DNA of 62,025 nt, counting the filler. It is 5 parts of 5 records of this genome, joined end to end, with 100 filler letters (N's around TTAATTAATTAA, not from the genome) between each part and the next. Parts side by side here need not be neighbours in the genome. Positions count along the whole stretch, not along the records: positions 1 to 19,512 come from SRR31156797_2052; 4 more parts are not named here. One strand, 5' to 3'. The notes under the pieces were generated by a model that saw nothing but the letters and a program-made list of their open reading frames with translations, did no database searches and was not told the origin of the DNA. The position numbers and the translations under genes were made by a program. Positions 1 through 10,677 of the stretch are shown here, in pieces; within the stretch, counting starts at the first letter, position 1; each line of letters starts with the position of its first letter.

Positions 1-369
1 AGCCAAATATGAATCGGTATATTCACCCGGCAGACACCCCTTACATCTGAAAGACCATATTGTCCAGTACCAATATAGTGGTGTCAAAATCACCTCACAT
101 AGGTGTCCTGAAAGAATATTTTTATATTTTGAAGCACCCAATAATAATTTTTAGGTTCTTTTCACCTATGCCTAAATTAAATGAGAAAAAACTGAGCGAC
201 TCTCCTGACGTCAGTTGATAAAAGTAAGCAGCGATCTGATTCAGGCAAAAAGATAACCAGGGGATATTCATCAACTACAAGTCTGAAGCTGAAAAGCATG
301 GCCAGAATTTGTATGATTATTTACAATCAGCCGGAAGGCTACTTGCAAAAACAGCCGCACCCCATCCCC

Positions 370-2553
370 CTATAGAGCGGTGATGGTGATCAGTGAGTCT
401 GTATAAAATTGATCGGTGATCTTAACTTCAATCTGGCGGGTACGGGGTGCTGACAATATTGCTTTGGAGACCGGCAGCAGAAATTCTCTTTCCAGTATTT
501 TATTGATTTCCCTGGCACCGGCCCCGGAAGTATTCACCTGATCCAGAATAAACTGCACCAGTTTATGCCGGTCGGCATTGAGGCGGATATTCTTTTTTAG
601 AAACCGCTGTTCCGCCTCATCCAGCCTCAGCAAAATAATCTTCCGGTAAGCATCTGTCCCCAGGGATCTGAACAGAAGCAGTTCATCAAACCGGTTTAAA
701 AATTCCGATGAAAAATATTCCTGGAGCATGGGTGTTATGTCAATGGGACCAGAATCACTCCGCCCAAAACCGATCCGACTTTTATTGATCTGCCTTTCGG
801 TTACGGCATTTGTGGTTGCAATGATAATACATTGTTTTGCATCCATGGTTTCACCATTGGAACTGGTGATCCGTCCATTGTCCAAGAGCCCGAGAAGCCC
901 CTGACATACAGCAGGATGGGCTTTTTCAATCTCGTCGAGTAAAATCACCCCTGATCCTTTCCGCCGCAGCCATAGTACAAGTTCGCCGGGACTGTCTTCA
1001 TGGCCGACATACCCGGGTGCTGCTCCCACCAATTTTGAAAATGAGCCCACCTCATTGTACTCGGCCATATCAAGGTATAACAAGGCATCGGGGCTGCCGT
1101 AAAACCGCCTGGCCAAAAGCTGAGCCAATGTTGTTTTTCCAACACCGGATTTACCGGATACCATAAATACCCCCATCGGGCGGTCACGGTTTCCCACACC
1201 CAGCCGCCTATAAATAATGGTATCGCAAACCTTGGCAACACTTTCCTTCTGCCCGATCAGCTCTTTATTTATTTTTTCTTCCAGGCCTAGAAGCCTGGAT
1301 CTGTTATCAGAAGATAGACACTCAATATCACGGCCTGTTATCCTTGCGCATTCAGCCAGAAGACGCTGCCGCGTTAATTGCTTACCATCCTTTGTCCTCT
1401 CCGCTGCGCAGGAGATATCCAGCAGGTCAATGGATTTATCCGGCTGGCATCGGTTGGGGATGTGAAGGGTTGTCAAGTCAATGGCCGCCTCTATCATCCC
1501 CTCTCCGATTTCAATACCGTGGTAATCCGCAAGTACTCCGGCCTGGAAGGATACGATTCTGCCTGTCAACCTCTTGTCGGGTTCGCTCACCGGCAAGTGC
1601 ACAAACCGCCGGGCAAATGCCCTGTCCCTGGCGATGAACTGATGGTATTCGTCAACGGTTGTTGCCCCAATGACGCTGAATTGTTTATCAATCAGATAGG
1701 GTTTCAGGATGTTGGCCCCATCTGTGTTGACATGATTGGCAGAGCCGGCCCCGATAATCATGTGGATCTCATCCATGAAAATGATGACCTGGGTTTCCAA
1801 ATTGATTATGGCAGCTAATATTTTTTTCAGCCGCTCCTCAAACTGCCCCCTGTACATGGTGCCCGCTACTATTCCGGGGATATCCAATTCCAGGATTACG
1901 GCCTCTTTAAGCCCTGCAGGTACATGTCCCTGAGTCATTTGTTTGGCCAGCAGCCTGACAATAACGGTTTTGCCGACCCCTGGCTGGCCCGTTAAAATGA
2001 CATTGCTTTTCTTTTGTCGAAGCATGATATTTGACAATGCATTGACCTCATTTTCCCTTCCGACCAAATCGTCAAAGCAGCCATCCATGGCAAGGGTATT
2101 CAAATTTCGCGAGTATTTTTCCAGATATGTCTCAACTCCAGCACTTTCAACGGGACCGCCCACTATCCCGGCGGAATCCATACGCATGTCATTGAGATTC
2201 ATGATCAGGCGTTTGAAATCCAACCCGCTGTGAAACAGCATTCTGCAGATTCGGAATGTCGGATTTTTAACTATGGTTTCCACCAGATCCAAACCCTGCA
2301 CGTTAGAGGATTGCCTGTCCAGCAGGCAGAGACTAACTATTTTGAAATCTTCGGGCCGGGGTGATTGAATCAATGGCACCAGTGCCAGGATCAGGTCCCT
2401 CTTTGACAGGCCTGTATCTAAAAGCAGTTTTTTAAGATGGCCGCCAGGGTCATGATTCGCCCAGGCAGAGAGCAGATGAGCAATACCAACCCGCGTTTCC
2501 GGGTAGTCCTGCTTTGCTAAACGTCTTATATCCTCAAAGGATGGTGTTTTCAT
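370..2553 (-). CDS. ClpA/ClpC-like Hsp100 AAA+ ATPase (two nucleotide-binding domains, no middle domain)
   Basis: NBD1 GQPGVGKT, pore loop GTMYRGQFEER, Walker B IFMDEIH, CQPDKSIDLLD. NBD2 GKSGVGKT, GAAPGYVGHE, ILLDEIEKAH, EFLNRFD, GAREI. ClpP-docking-type IGF loop (SRIGFG). RBS GGGGAG upstream. Confidence 0.9.
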   Translation of the reverse strand: MKTPSFEDIRRLAKQDYPETRVGIAHLLSAWANHDPGGHLKKLLLDTGLSKRDLILALVPLIQSPRPEDFKIVSLCLLDRQSSNVQGLDLVETIVKNPTFRICRMLFHSGLDFKRLIMNLNDMRMDSAGIVGGPVESAGVETYLEKYSRNLNTLAMDGCFDDLVGRENEVNALSNIMLRQKKSNVILTGQPGVGKTVIVRLLAKQMTQGHVPAGLKEAVILELDIPGIVAGTMYRGQFEERLKKILAAIINLETQVIIFMDEIHMIIGAGSANHVNTDGANILKPYLIDKQFSVIGATTVDEYHQFIARDRAFARRFVHLPVSEPDKRLTGRIVSFQAGVLADYHGIEIGEGMIEAAIDLTTLHIPNRCQPDKSIDLLDISCAAERTKDGKQLTRQRLLAECARITGRDIECLSSDNRSRLLGLEEKINKELIGQKESVAKVCDTIIYRRLGVGNRDRPMGVFMVSGKSGVGKTTLAQLLARRFYGSPDALLYLDMAEYNEVGSFSKLVGAAPGYVGHEDSPGELVLWLRRKGSGVILLDEIEKAHPAVCQGLLGLLDNGRITSSNGETMDAKQCIIIATTNAVTERQINKSRIGFGRSDSGPIDITPMLQEYFSSEFLNRFDELLLFRSLGTDAYRKIILLRLDEAEQRFLKKNIRLNADRHKLVQFILDQVNTSGAGAREINKILEREFLLPVSKAILSAPRTRQIEVKITDQFYTDSLITITAL

Positions 2554-2656
2554 TTTTACTCCCCCGCCGTAAATATTGCGGTTGATTAAGCCCGAGGTCT
2601 TAACTCTTTGGTTTCAGATTCTCTTGTCCGGTTTTTATCTGCCCACCGGGAACTAT

Positions 2657-2672
2657 TGCATTCAGAATGCCA
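2657..2672 (-). promoter_or_regulatory. sigma54-type -24/-12 promoter for the Clp ATPase gene
   Basis: Minus strand reads TGGCATTCTGAATGCA: GG-N10-GC, close to TGGCAC-N5-TTGCA, about 100 bp upstream of the start codon. Confidence 0.7.
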
Positions 2673-2833
2673 TCGCTTATTTACTCAAAAAAAATGGATG
2701 AATATCCGTTACTTATAAAACCGTATTGAATTGTTGAGATTCCATTCTAAATTGGTTGACATTTATTCTCAAACAGGATTAGTAAAATGAATAGATCTCT
2801 ATAATTTTTTAATTCAGGTTTGGAGACGATGCC

Positions 2834-4558
2834 ATGGAACTGATCTGTATCAAATTTTTTTTAGATTATGATAATACAAAAAAGGGACAGCTGAGCGCCC
2901 GGTTTCTTACGATTCCCTGTGATGATCCGGACAGCTTATCCAAACGGCTTAAATCGAAACAGCCTGCTGTATTTGCCGTTCCCCGGGGTGAAATACACCA
3001 ATTGACCGTGCATGAAGATATTATCAGTTTCCAGGGTGAAAAAAACAGGGATAAAGAATTGTTCAGAATCCTGATCAGTACAGATTTAGTCCCGCTGCTC
3101 ATCGGTGTATATAAATATAAAGGTAAAATTGAAAGCAGCGTTCGGGATTTTTTAAGACGATGGGACAGGGAGAGACCTGAAAAGGCCAATAAAAGGAATG
3201 CATTTATTTTAGGGGCGGATGAAACCCTGCTCATGAAAATCCTGAAGGAGCACCGTGAAGATCATCCCCTTGTTCCAGATCTCATGGTTAATCTTGAGAA
3301 AATTATACTCAATCTGAACACACGGCAAAAAGCGGCGGGCAAAAGCGTACTAAGTGCCCCTCCCAACGCGGAGGAATTAAAAAACATCCTGCTGGGCAAC
3401 TCTGAAGCCATGGATTTTGTAAGGGAACGGATCATCCAGGCCGGGCGCCATGACAGAAATATTCTGATGCTCGGAGAGACCGGCACCGGTAAAAGCATGG
3501 CGGCAAGACTGATTCACAATTACAGCACCCGCAGGAATAATCCCTTTGTCACCTTTGCCTGCGGATCGGTTACAGGCAGTCTTTTTGAGTCGGAATTGTA
3601 CGGATATGTTGAGGACTCGCACAGCCGTGCGACCTCGGACCGCAAAGGACTCTGGCAGCAGGCCGGGGAAGGCACCCTGTTTTTTGACGAGATCGGGGAT
3701 CTTCCCCTGTATCAGCAGGCCAAGATATTGGTTGCCATCGGCAGGAAAGTCATCCGCCCAGTGGGCAGCGACGAGGAGATCCCTGTCAGGGCCAGGCTTA
3801 TATTTGCCACCAACAAAGATCTGTTCGCCATGGTTAAAAAAGGTAGATTCAGGGAAGATCTCTACTGGCGGATCCGCGAGCTCCCCATTGTCATGCCCCC
3901 CTTGAGAAAACAAAAGGACGCCATCAGAGATATTGCCGTAAAATTATGGGGGAAAATCGCCAGAGATCCTGAAGACAAGCCCCTTTCCGGAGAGATACTC
4001 GATCAGCTGGAACGGGTAAGCTGGACAGGAAATGTCCGTGCGCTCAAAGCCGTATTGAACGGACTTTATTATTGGGATATCGACAAGCACTGCAAAGATC
4101 TCAATGACCTGAATATCGTTCTCGGCCAGCACCAGTTAAAAACAGATGAAACCTGCAGGGTCTGTACACCGGATCTTTCCGGCAGCACAGTGGATATGAA
4201 TCAGATCAGGTGCCTGAGACATTTAAAAAACACGGAAGAATGGCTGCTGGCCTGCCAGAAAATTTTCGAACCCTGTATGACAGATGCATCAGATGCCAAA
4301 CGCCTTGAAAATATGGACACCATCGTATTCAGACACCGTCTGAAAGAAGCCGGCAGATTGATTGCTCAACCCTTTTTATTCGGTAATAAGGAATCCTTCA
4401 TGGAAATTCATAACCTGCAGGGGAAATTGGTATATTTTAACGAAATGATTACCGGTAAATTATGGACCCAGGCCCATGAATACATGGTCACCGAACTTTC
4501 CGAACATCTGGAACGCGCCCGAAATCTGATTTTTGAGGCTGTCCGAAAAAAACAATAG
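2834..4558 (+). CDS. sigma54-activator-family (NtrC-type) AAA+ protein with non-canonical GAFTGA loop
   Basis: GETGTGKS, FESELYG, GTLFFDEIG, ATNKDL, RFREDLYWRI, WTGNVRAL. The GAFTGA position reads DSHSRA. No recognisable Fis-type HTH at the C-terminus. Confidence 0.85.
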   Translation: MELICIKFFLDYDNTKKGQLSARFLTIPCDDPDSLSKRLKSKQPAVFAVPRGEIHQLTVHEDIISFQGEKNRDKELFRILISTDLVPLLIGVYKYKGKIESSVRDFLRRWDRERPEKANKRNAFILGADETLLMKILKEHREDHPLVPDLMVNLEKIILNLNTRQKAAGKSVLSAPPNAEELKNILLGNSEAMDFVRERIIQAGRHDRNILMLGETGTGKSMAARLIHNYSTRRNNPFVTFACGSVTGSLFESELYGYVEDSHSRATSDRKGLWQQAGEGTLFFDEIGDLPLYQQAKILVAIGRKVIRPVGSDEEIPVRARLIFATNKDLFAMVKKGRFREDLYWRIRELPIVMPPLRKQKDAIRDIAVKLWGKIARDPEDKPLSGEILDQLERVSWTGNVRALKAVLNGLYYWDIDKHCKDLNDLNIVLGQHQLKTDETCRVCTPDLSGSTVDMNQIRCLRHLKNTEEWLLACQKIFEPCMTDASDAKRLENMDTIVFRHRLKEAGRLIAQPFLFGNKESFMEIHNLQGKLVYFNEMITGKLWTQAHEYMVTELSEHLERARNLIFEAVRKKQ

Positions 4559-4781
4559 CTGTATATTTATGAATTCGGAAGATTATGGCACCACCGAATT
4601 CACTTGGGGCGTTATGCATATATGAGAATCCCGTCTTTTCCAGGCTGCGTTTAATCTATCGCGGCCTGCTCAACAGCAAAATAAAATCTATGTGATTTTC
4701 TTCCGGACTTCCCATCTTCTAAATCTCAACATCTCAACAACCGACACATAACCATCTGAAACAAAACGATCAATAACCAGG

Positions 4782-4797
4782 CGGTATCTGCCTTGCT
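4782..4797 (+). promoter_or_regulatory. candidate sigma54 promoter for the EamA gene
   Basis: CGGTATCTGCCTTGCT: GG (4783-4784)-N10-GC (4795-4796) with TTGCT at -12. Confidence 0.55.
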
Positions 4798-4827
4798 CCT
4801 ATTGTTTCCAAAAGTCAGCAAGTATTT

Positions 4828-5847
4828 ATGCAACCCTTAATACTGTATGAAAAGGTGGCCAACATGTCAAAATCATTTTGGAATCAGGTCGGTCTGGTTA
4901 TCATTGCATTTATATGGGGGATCACATTCGTGGTTGTGAAAAATAATATTCAGGACATCCAGCCCTTTTGTTTTAATTTTCTGCGATTTTCTTTATCCGC
5001 TTTGCTGGTATTTTCGTTTATGCTGATCATCCGGAAACAGGAACTGACCGGGATAGGGGGTGTGGCGCTCCGGGACGGCTGCTGTCTCGGGTTCTGCCTT
5101 TTCTGCGGATTCGCCCTGTTGACATTGGGCCTGGTTCATACCAAAGCTTCTAATGCAGGCTTTATCACCGGTATGAATGTGGCCATGGTTCCATTTTTCT
5201 CAGCGGTGATGAAAAGACAAAAACCCGATTTTTTCACCCTCATGGGTGTCATCTTGGTGTCGGTTGGCCTCTACTTTTTAACCGTCAAAAGCTCTGTTTC
5301 CTTAAATAAAGGGGACCTGCTAATTTTCCTGGGCGCCGTTGCCTTTGCTTTCCATGTAATCTTTACAGAAACCTGTACACAGCGCACATCAACCGGGATT
5401 CTGGTCATGGTCCAGTTTTGTTTTGTTGGTGTGCTCAGCGGCATATGTGCGTATTACATGGAAGATCTTAGCATAATTGCTGATGCGAAAATCATACTTT
5501 CAACAAAAATGCTCACCGCACTGGCCATTGTGGTTCTCCTGGCCACATGCCTCGCTTTGCTGGTACAGACCCGTGCCCAGAAAAAGGTGGCCCCGGCCAA
5601 AGTCGCTCTGATATTTTCCCTGGAACCTGTATTTGCTGCATTGTGCGGATATTTCTGGGCTGGGGAAACCCTGGGGCCTACATCCGTGACAGGATGCGTT
5701 TTTATTTTTGCCGGAATGACCACTGCAGATTTGCCTAAACATCTTAAACACTTGGTAAAATACAAATACAATTTAAAGGAATACCTTGTCAAAAACAGAC
5801 GAAAAATTAGGACTTTCATACTTTTTTGGCAAAAAGCCTCTCCCTGA
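4828..5847 (+). CDS. EamA/DMT family transporter
   Basis: About 10 hydrophobic segments; IWGITFVVVK, NFLRF, SNAGFITG, GDLL, LEPVFA. The real start may be the second Met at 4864. Confidence 0.9.
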   Translation: MQPLILYEKVANMSKSFWNQVGLVIIAFIWGITFVVVKNNIQDIQPFCFNFLRFSLSALLVFSFMLIIRKQELTGIGGVALRDGCCLGFCLFCGFALLTLGLVHTKASNAGFITGMNVAMVPFFSAVMKRQKPDFFTLMGVILVSVGLYFLTVKSSVSLNKGDLLIFLGAVAFAFHVIFTETCTQRTSTGILVMVQFCFVGVLSGICAYYMEDLSIIADAKIILSTKMLTALAIVVLLATCLALLVQTRAQKKVAPAKVALIFSLEPVFAALCGYFWAGETLGPTSVTGCVFIFAGMTTADLPKHLKHLVKYKYNLKEYLVKNRRKIRTFILFWQKASP

Positions 5848-6006
5848 TCATCATATTTTAATGTTTATGAAGTAAGTATATGAATTTCACCTAGATTGGC
5901 CTTATTTTCAGGCGTTTTCAGGCTTGCATTTTGAAATTTCATTCGGTATGGTGGTTCGGGTGAAACTCAATGCTGTTTTATGAATCTCTCGTTTTAGGTT
6001 TTTGAA

Positions 6007-9000
6007 ATGACACAATTGTCCGATCCCCCTCCCCATGTGTGGAAAACAATCCGGGTTTTCATATCATCTACATTCCGCGATTTTCATGCGGAAAGAGATT
6101 ATCTGATTAAATATGTTTTTCCCGAACTGCGTGACTGGTGTATGCCGTATAAATTACACCTGGTGGATATCGATCTACGCTGGGGCGTCACCCAGGCAGA
6201 GGCCGAATCCGGGAAGGTGATTGACATCTGTCTTGAACAGATCGACGGCAGCCGGCCGTTTTTCGTCTGCATGCTGGGAAACCGATACGGCTGGGTTCCG
6301 GAAGATTCCGAGGTTCCGGACCACACATTTGATAGGTATAATCAGTTGCACCGGTTTTCAAAGTACTCTGTCACCCACCTGGAGATCGAACACGCGGTTT
6401 TCGGATCACTGGCGGCATCTGATAGGGTCGATGCCATTCCCCACTCTTTTTTCTATTTCAGAGATCCCCAAAGCCTGCCTGAGAAAAGCGGTCTACCCGA
6501 TAGTTTATCTTCTGACCAAAAAAAAGAGTATGAAGCGGTCTTTTTCGAATCCAATGAATCCGGCCGTAACAAGCTGGCTGTTTTAAAAGCGGATATCATT
6601 AAGCATTTCAAACGCATCGGACTAAAAAAGGAAAACCCCGATGAAGTATCTGAAAGGGTTTTCAACTACGCGCCCCGCTTTGACCCCATGCTTTCAAATC
6701 CGGAGGACCACAGGCTCATGGGCCGGATCCCCCCCCAAAGCCTTAAAGCCTTTGGCAACCGGTTAAAAAGTGACCTTAAAAATGCCATCCAACTTGAATT
6801 TCATGAGCGGATCGCATATCTGAGCGGCGCCCCCCGGCACCCCCTGGAGGAGCACGAACGTGAATTCAACGATCTGTTCGTGGAAAACCGGACGCGCTCC
6901 TTTACCGGACGCCAGGACATCCTCGCCGACCTTATGGATTACATATCCTGCCAGGAACCCCAAGCGATAATGCTCACGGGACCATCGGGATGCGGAAAAT
7001 CCGCCATACTGGCACGATTCTACCGGGACATCTCGCCTCCCCCTGAAGCGCCGACCGGCACCCGGAACCGGGAGGATACCGGGACGGCATCACCGCTGGT
7101 ATTTGCCCATTTTATCGGATCAAGCCCCAATGTGGTCACCCTTTACGATCTTTTAAGGGTGCTGTGCCGGGAAATGCTGTTCAGACGCCTGGATGCCCAG
7201 AAGGAAGATCTCATCAGTGGTATCCGGGCAGAAATTGCACAACTTTCAGAGGCCGGGAACGAATTATCCCATGAGGAAATCGCCCAAAAAAAGGAAAATC
7301 TTAAAAAATCCATTGATGCCCTGAATAACGACTATGCCGTTCCAGCGGAACTGCCGGACCTGATCATCAAACTCGATTTTTTCCTCGGTAAAATGGATCT
7401 GCCCTCCGTTTTTATTCTTGACGGCATTAACCAGCTCATCGATTTTGATAGACATGCCATAACCGATTGGCTGCCGCGTCTTCTGCCGGACAAGGTAAAA
7501 ATCATTCTCAGCCGGATGACAGAAGACAACAGCCGTGAATCCACGATTCCTGGTCTTCGGTATTTGCCCGTCTCAGAACTGACCATTTCTGAAAGCAAAC
7601 AGATCATCCGGGAACTTCCGTCTGTGTTTGCAAAATCCCTTGAGCCGGACCAAATGGATCTGCTGTTTCAAAAAAAAAGTTCAGGAAACCCGTTGTATTT
7701 AAAAATCGCGTTGGAAGAACTCCGGGTTTTCGGATCCCATGAGGGGATTTCCAACAAAATCAAATCTCTTCCCGAGGATATCTGCCAAATTTTCATTGAA
7801 TTTCTGGCCCGCCTTGAACACGATTTCGGCCGCAGCCTCACCCGGAAACTCTTCTCCTATCTTGATTGTTCCCGGCAGGGATTAACCGAAGCAGAACTTA
7901 TTGAACTGCTGAAGGATGAAGACCGGCAGAATGTGGCCAAACTCATTCTGAGGACCGCCCGGGACTACCTCATGTATCAGGGCGAGTTCATCAGGTTTTT
8001 CCACCAGACATTTTCCCGGGCCGTCCGGGAAAAATACTTTGCGGAGCCGTTATCGCGCAGAAAATGCCACGGTGAACTGGCGTGTTATTTTAAAACAAGC
8101 CCCCTGTATCTCAACCATCAGGGAAAACAGCGGGTGAATCAGCACAAGCTGGGCGAACAGATATGGCAGCAGATCAACGCAGGGCAGATAGAAGACGTTG
8201 AATCCTCTTTTCTCGATTATCCGCTGATTAACCTGATGCAACAGCATTCAGGAATAGACGCCCTGTTAACTTTGTTTGAAATGATCCCGGGACAAAAATC
8301 CCATACCATAACCGCCCTTGAAGAATGTCTTAAACAGGCGCGGTATGCCCTGCATGATGACAACACCCAACTCGGGGCCCAATTATATGCGAGGTTGAAA
8401 GGATTTCAAACACCGGATGCCGAGGCGTTGGCCGGGCACTTCAGCCAGGCCCAGACCGAGCCGTGGCTGAAACTTCTCGGGCCCCGGTTTATCACCCCAT
8501 TAAATTACCGGATGTTAAGACACCACACAGCAACCATTAGCAGCATCCATTCATTCCCCGGCGGCAACAGATTTCTTTCCACATGTTATAACGGCAAAAT
8601 CGTACTCTGGGATCTAAAAGGCGGCCGGACACTTCAGGAGACGAGGGTTCATTCGGGCCGGTGGATTATGGCGGCAGGCCTGTCGGAAACAGGAGACAGG
8701 TTTGTCTCTGCCGATCGGAACGGCCGGATGGCGATATGGGATGCTGCGGAAAAACTGGCCCCGCTTCAGGTATGGGAAAAAGAGACGGATACCAGTGAGA
8801 CCTGCGGTATATTTTCAGCCGCCCTTTCATCGGATACCGGAACGGTGTTGTATGGAAAACTGGACGGCAGTATTGTCTGCTGCGATGACAGGGGGGACGA
8901 GAAGAGCCGGGTCAATTTCCACTCGTTTTTTGCGGGCAACCCGGATGTTGATGAAAAACTTCCTGCCCGAAAACCGGTATCCGATCTGAATATCAACACC

Positions 9001-10638
9001 AAACAAGGGACGGTGATCGCGTATTCGGAGTATACGCAAACAGCCGTCCTATTGTCACTGGACACCTTTGCTCTCATTGAAAAGATTGTGATCAAAGGCC
9101 GCGGCAGAACCGCATTTGCCGCGGACCGCAGACACACCGTCTTTGCATATGGTTTTACCGACGGTGTTATCAGATATAAAACCATGGGGGCGTTGCCCCA
9201 TGCCCCGGCCCGTGAAATTAAAAATGCCCATTCCGGTAGAATCACCGTGCTTGAATTTTACAACTCCCCGGAAGACCCTCATGACATACAGCTTTGCAGC
9301 GCAGGGACCGACGGCCTGATCAAATTGTGGAAACTTTCCACCGGGGCCTGCCTGGGATCTTCGGAGCCGTTTGAAGCCCGCGTGACCTGTTTAACCCAGG
9401 TGCCTGGCACCCGGAAAGTCATCGCCGGTACCCTGTCCGGGGATATCATTCTGTGTGAAGCGTTCAAATACCGGGATACATACCAGGATTCTCCCCATGA
9501 GACCTATGGGATCGACGGGGTGGCGCTGTCACAAAATGGGAAAAAAGCGGTTTCCTTTGATGAGGCCGGCGGCATTGTGTCATGGCGTGTCCAAGGAGCT
9601 CCGGAGATAGAGGAGAGTATCTTTGTGGAAGACCGTCCCCGGTGCTGCGATATGTCCGTGAACGGTGCAAAAATAGTTTTTGGTACGGAAAGCGGCATCC
9701 TTGCCCTTTGGGATCCCCAACATGCTCAGGGGAATGAGGATGCGGTTTCAGATACCCCGATAACTTGCTGCCGGTTCTGTGATGATGATCAGACGGTTAT
9801 TATTGGAAATGAATCCGGTCGTATCTCACTGCATGATAGCGGCGAAATGAATCCCCAATGGTCTGAATACTTACACCACTCTCCTGTTACCAATTGTTTT
9901 ATGAATCAGGGGGCCATGCTTAAAATGCTGGTGTCAACGAGCTGGGAGAAATATTCCATTGCCATCGTTGCCAAAGTTCCCCATGAGTTATGGAAATTCA
10001 ACGCCCGGCCGCTGTCAATCTCCTCCCAGGGGGACCTCTGGATCCATAAAACCCGGACTGCGCTCAATGTGGTTAACACGGTCAGCGGCCAGACCGTCCA
10101 AAGTGTTAAAGGATCGTTCACAGATATTGCAGGGGCCTGCTTCTCTCCCTGTGGTGACATGGTTGCGGCATGGTCCAATGATACGGTTTACATCTGGGAG
10201 ATCTGCACCCCGGATTTATTGGGGACTCTGACACTAGTCAATCCCATCCGTTCATTGGGGTTTAACGGGAACCGGGTCATTCTCGGACACACCGGGGGAA
10301 TTGTTTCCTTTATCTCACTGGAAAATCCTATTGTGTTTGGAAAAAGGGGCCGTCACTATATCCAGACTATCAGCTTGGAATTTGCATCGCCTCCGGATGA
10401 AGCATTAAAGATCTTTAATAAGACCAAAGTCGTCCCCTTGAATGCGATTTCCCAAAAACGCGACAATGAAACCAATGATGAGGTGATGGTTCGCCTCTGG
10501 TCCGAAGCTGTGTATAGCGCAGCGGACTCATTTAGCCGCCCCCTGGCGGAAAAATGGGCCTCCCTGAAATGGCCGGATAATTATCTGGTGCTAAGATCAA
10601 CCCGGCTGTCATTTAATGCCTTCTATTTATTTATGTAA
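6007..10638 (+). CDS. DUF4062 + NACHT/STAND NTPase + WD40 repeat protein (NLR-like, TEP1/NWD-type architecture)
   Basis: N-terminal IRVFISSTFRDFHAER..DLRWGV..LGNRYGWVP..SVTHLEI (DUF4062). Walker A GPSGCGKS, Walker B FILDGINQL, GNPLYL. Many WD-type repeats (GKIVLWD, SAGTDGLIKLWK, GILALWD). Confidence 0.88.
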   Translation: MTQLSDPPPHVWKTIRVFISSTFRDFHAERDYLIKYVFPELRDWCMPYKLHLVDIDLRWGVTQAEAESGKVIDICLEQIDGSRPFFVCMLGNRYGWVPEDSEVPDHTFDRYNQLHRFSKYSVTHLEIEHAVFGSLAASDRVDAIPHSFFYFRDPQSLPEKSGLPDSLSSDQKKEYEAVFFESNESGRNKLAVLKADIIKHFKRIGLKKENPDEVSERVFNYAPRFDPMLSNPEDHRLMGRIPPQSLKAFGNRLKSDLKNAIQLEFHERIAYLSGAPRHPLEEHEREFNDLFVENRTRSFTGRQDILADLMDYISCQEPQAIMLTGPSGCGKSAILARFYRDISPPPEAPTGTRNREDTGTASPLVFAHFIGSSPNVVTLYDLLRVLCREMLFRRLDAQKEDLISGIRAEIAQLSEAGNELSHEEIAQKKENLKKSIDALNNDYAVPAELPDLIIKLDFFLGKMDLPSVFILDGINQLIDFDRHAITDWLPRLLPDKVKIILSRMTEDNSRESTIPGLRYLPVSELTISESKQIIRELPSVFAKSLEPDQMDLLFQKKSSGNPLYLKIALEELRVFGSHEGISNKIKSLPEDICQIFIEFLARLEHDFGRSLTRKLFSYLDCSRQGLTEAELIELLKDEDRQNVAKLILRTARDYLMYQGEFIRFFHQTFSRAVREKYFAEPLSRRKCHGELACYFKTSPLYLNHQGKQRVNQHKLGEQIWQQINAGQIEDVESSFLDYPLINLMQQHSGIDALLTLFEMIPGQKSHTITALEECLKQARYALHDDNTQLGAQLYARLKGFQTPDAEALAGHFSQAQTEPWLKLLGPRFITPLNYRMLRHHTATISSIHSFPGGNRFLSTCYNGKIVLWDLKGGRTLQETRVHSGRWIMAAGLSETGDRFVSADRNGRMAIWDAAEKLAPLQVWEKETDTSETCGIFSAALSSDTGTVLYGKLDGSIVCCDDRGDEKSRVNFHSFFAGNPDVDEKLPARKPVSDLNINTKQGTVIAYSEYTQTAVLLSLDTFALIEKIVIKGRGRTAFAADRRHTVFAYGFTDGVIRYKTMGALPHAPAREIKNAHSGRITVLEFYNSPEDPHDIQLCSAGTDGLIKLWKLSTGACLGSSEPFEARVTCLTQVPGTRKVIAGTLSGDIILCEAFKYRDTYQDSPHETYGIDGVALSQNGKKAVSFDEAGGIVSWRVQGAPEIEESIFVEDRPRCCDMSVNGAKIVFGTESGILALWDPQHAQGNEDAVSDTPITCCRFCDDDQTVIIGNESGRISLHDSGEMNPQWSEYLHHSPVTNCFMNQGAMLKMLVSTSWEKYSIAIVAKVPHELWKFNARPLSISSQGDLWIHKTRTALNVVNTVSGQTVQSVKGSFTDIAGACFSPCGDMVAAWSNDTVYIWEICTPDLLGTLTLVNPIRSLGFNGNRVILGHTGGIVSFISLENPIVFGKRGRHYIQTISLEFASPPDEALKIFNKTKVVPLNAISQKRDNETNDEVMVRLWSEAVYSAADSFSRPLAEKWASLKWPDNYLVLRSTRLSFNAFYLFM

Positions 10639-10677
10639 CGTTATATAGAATTTCGGCTAAAAAAGGAGACTTCACCA

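Noticed and set aside
1-369. Possible gene fragment at the window start
   Set aside because: Only short frames without recognisable motifs on either strand.
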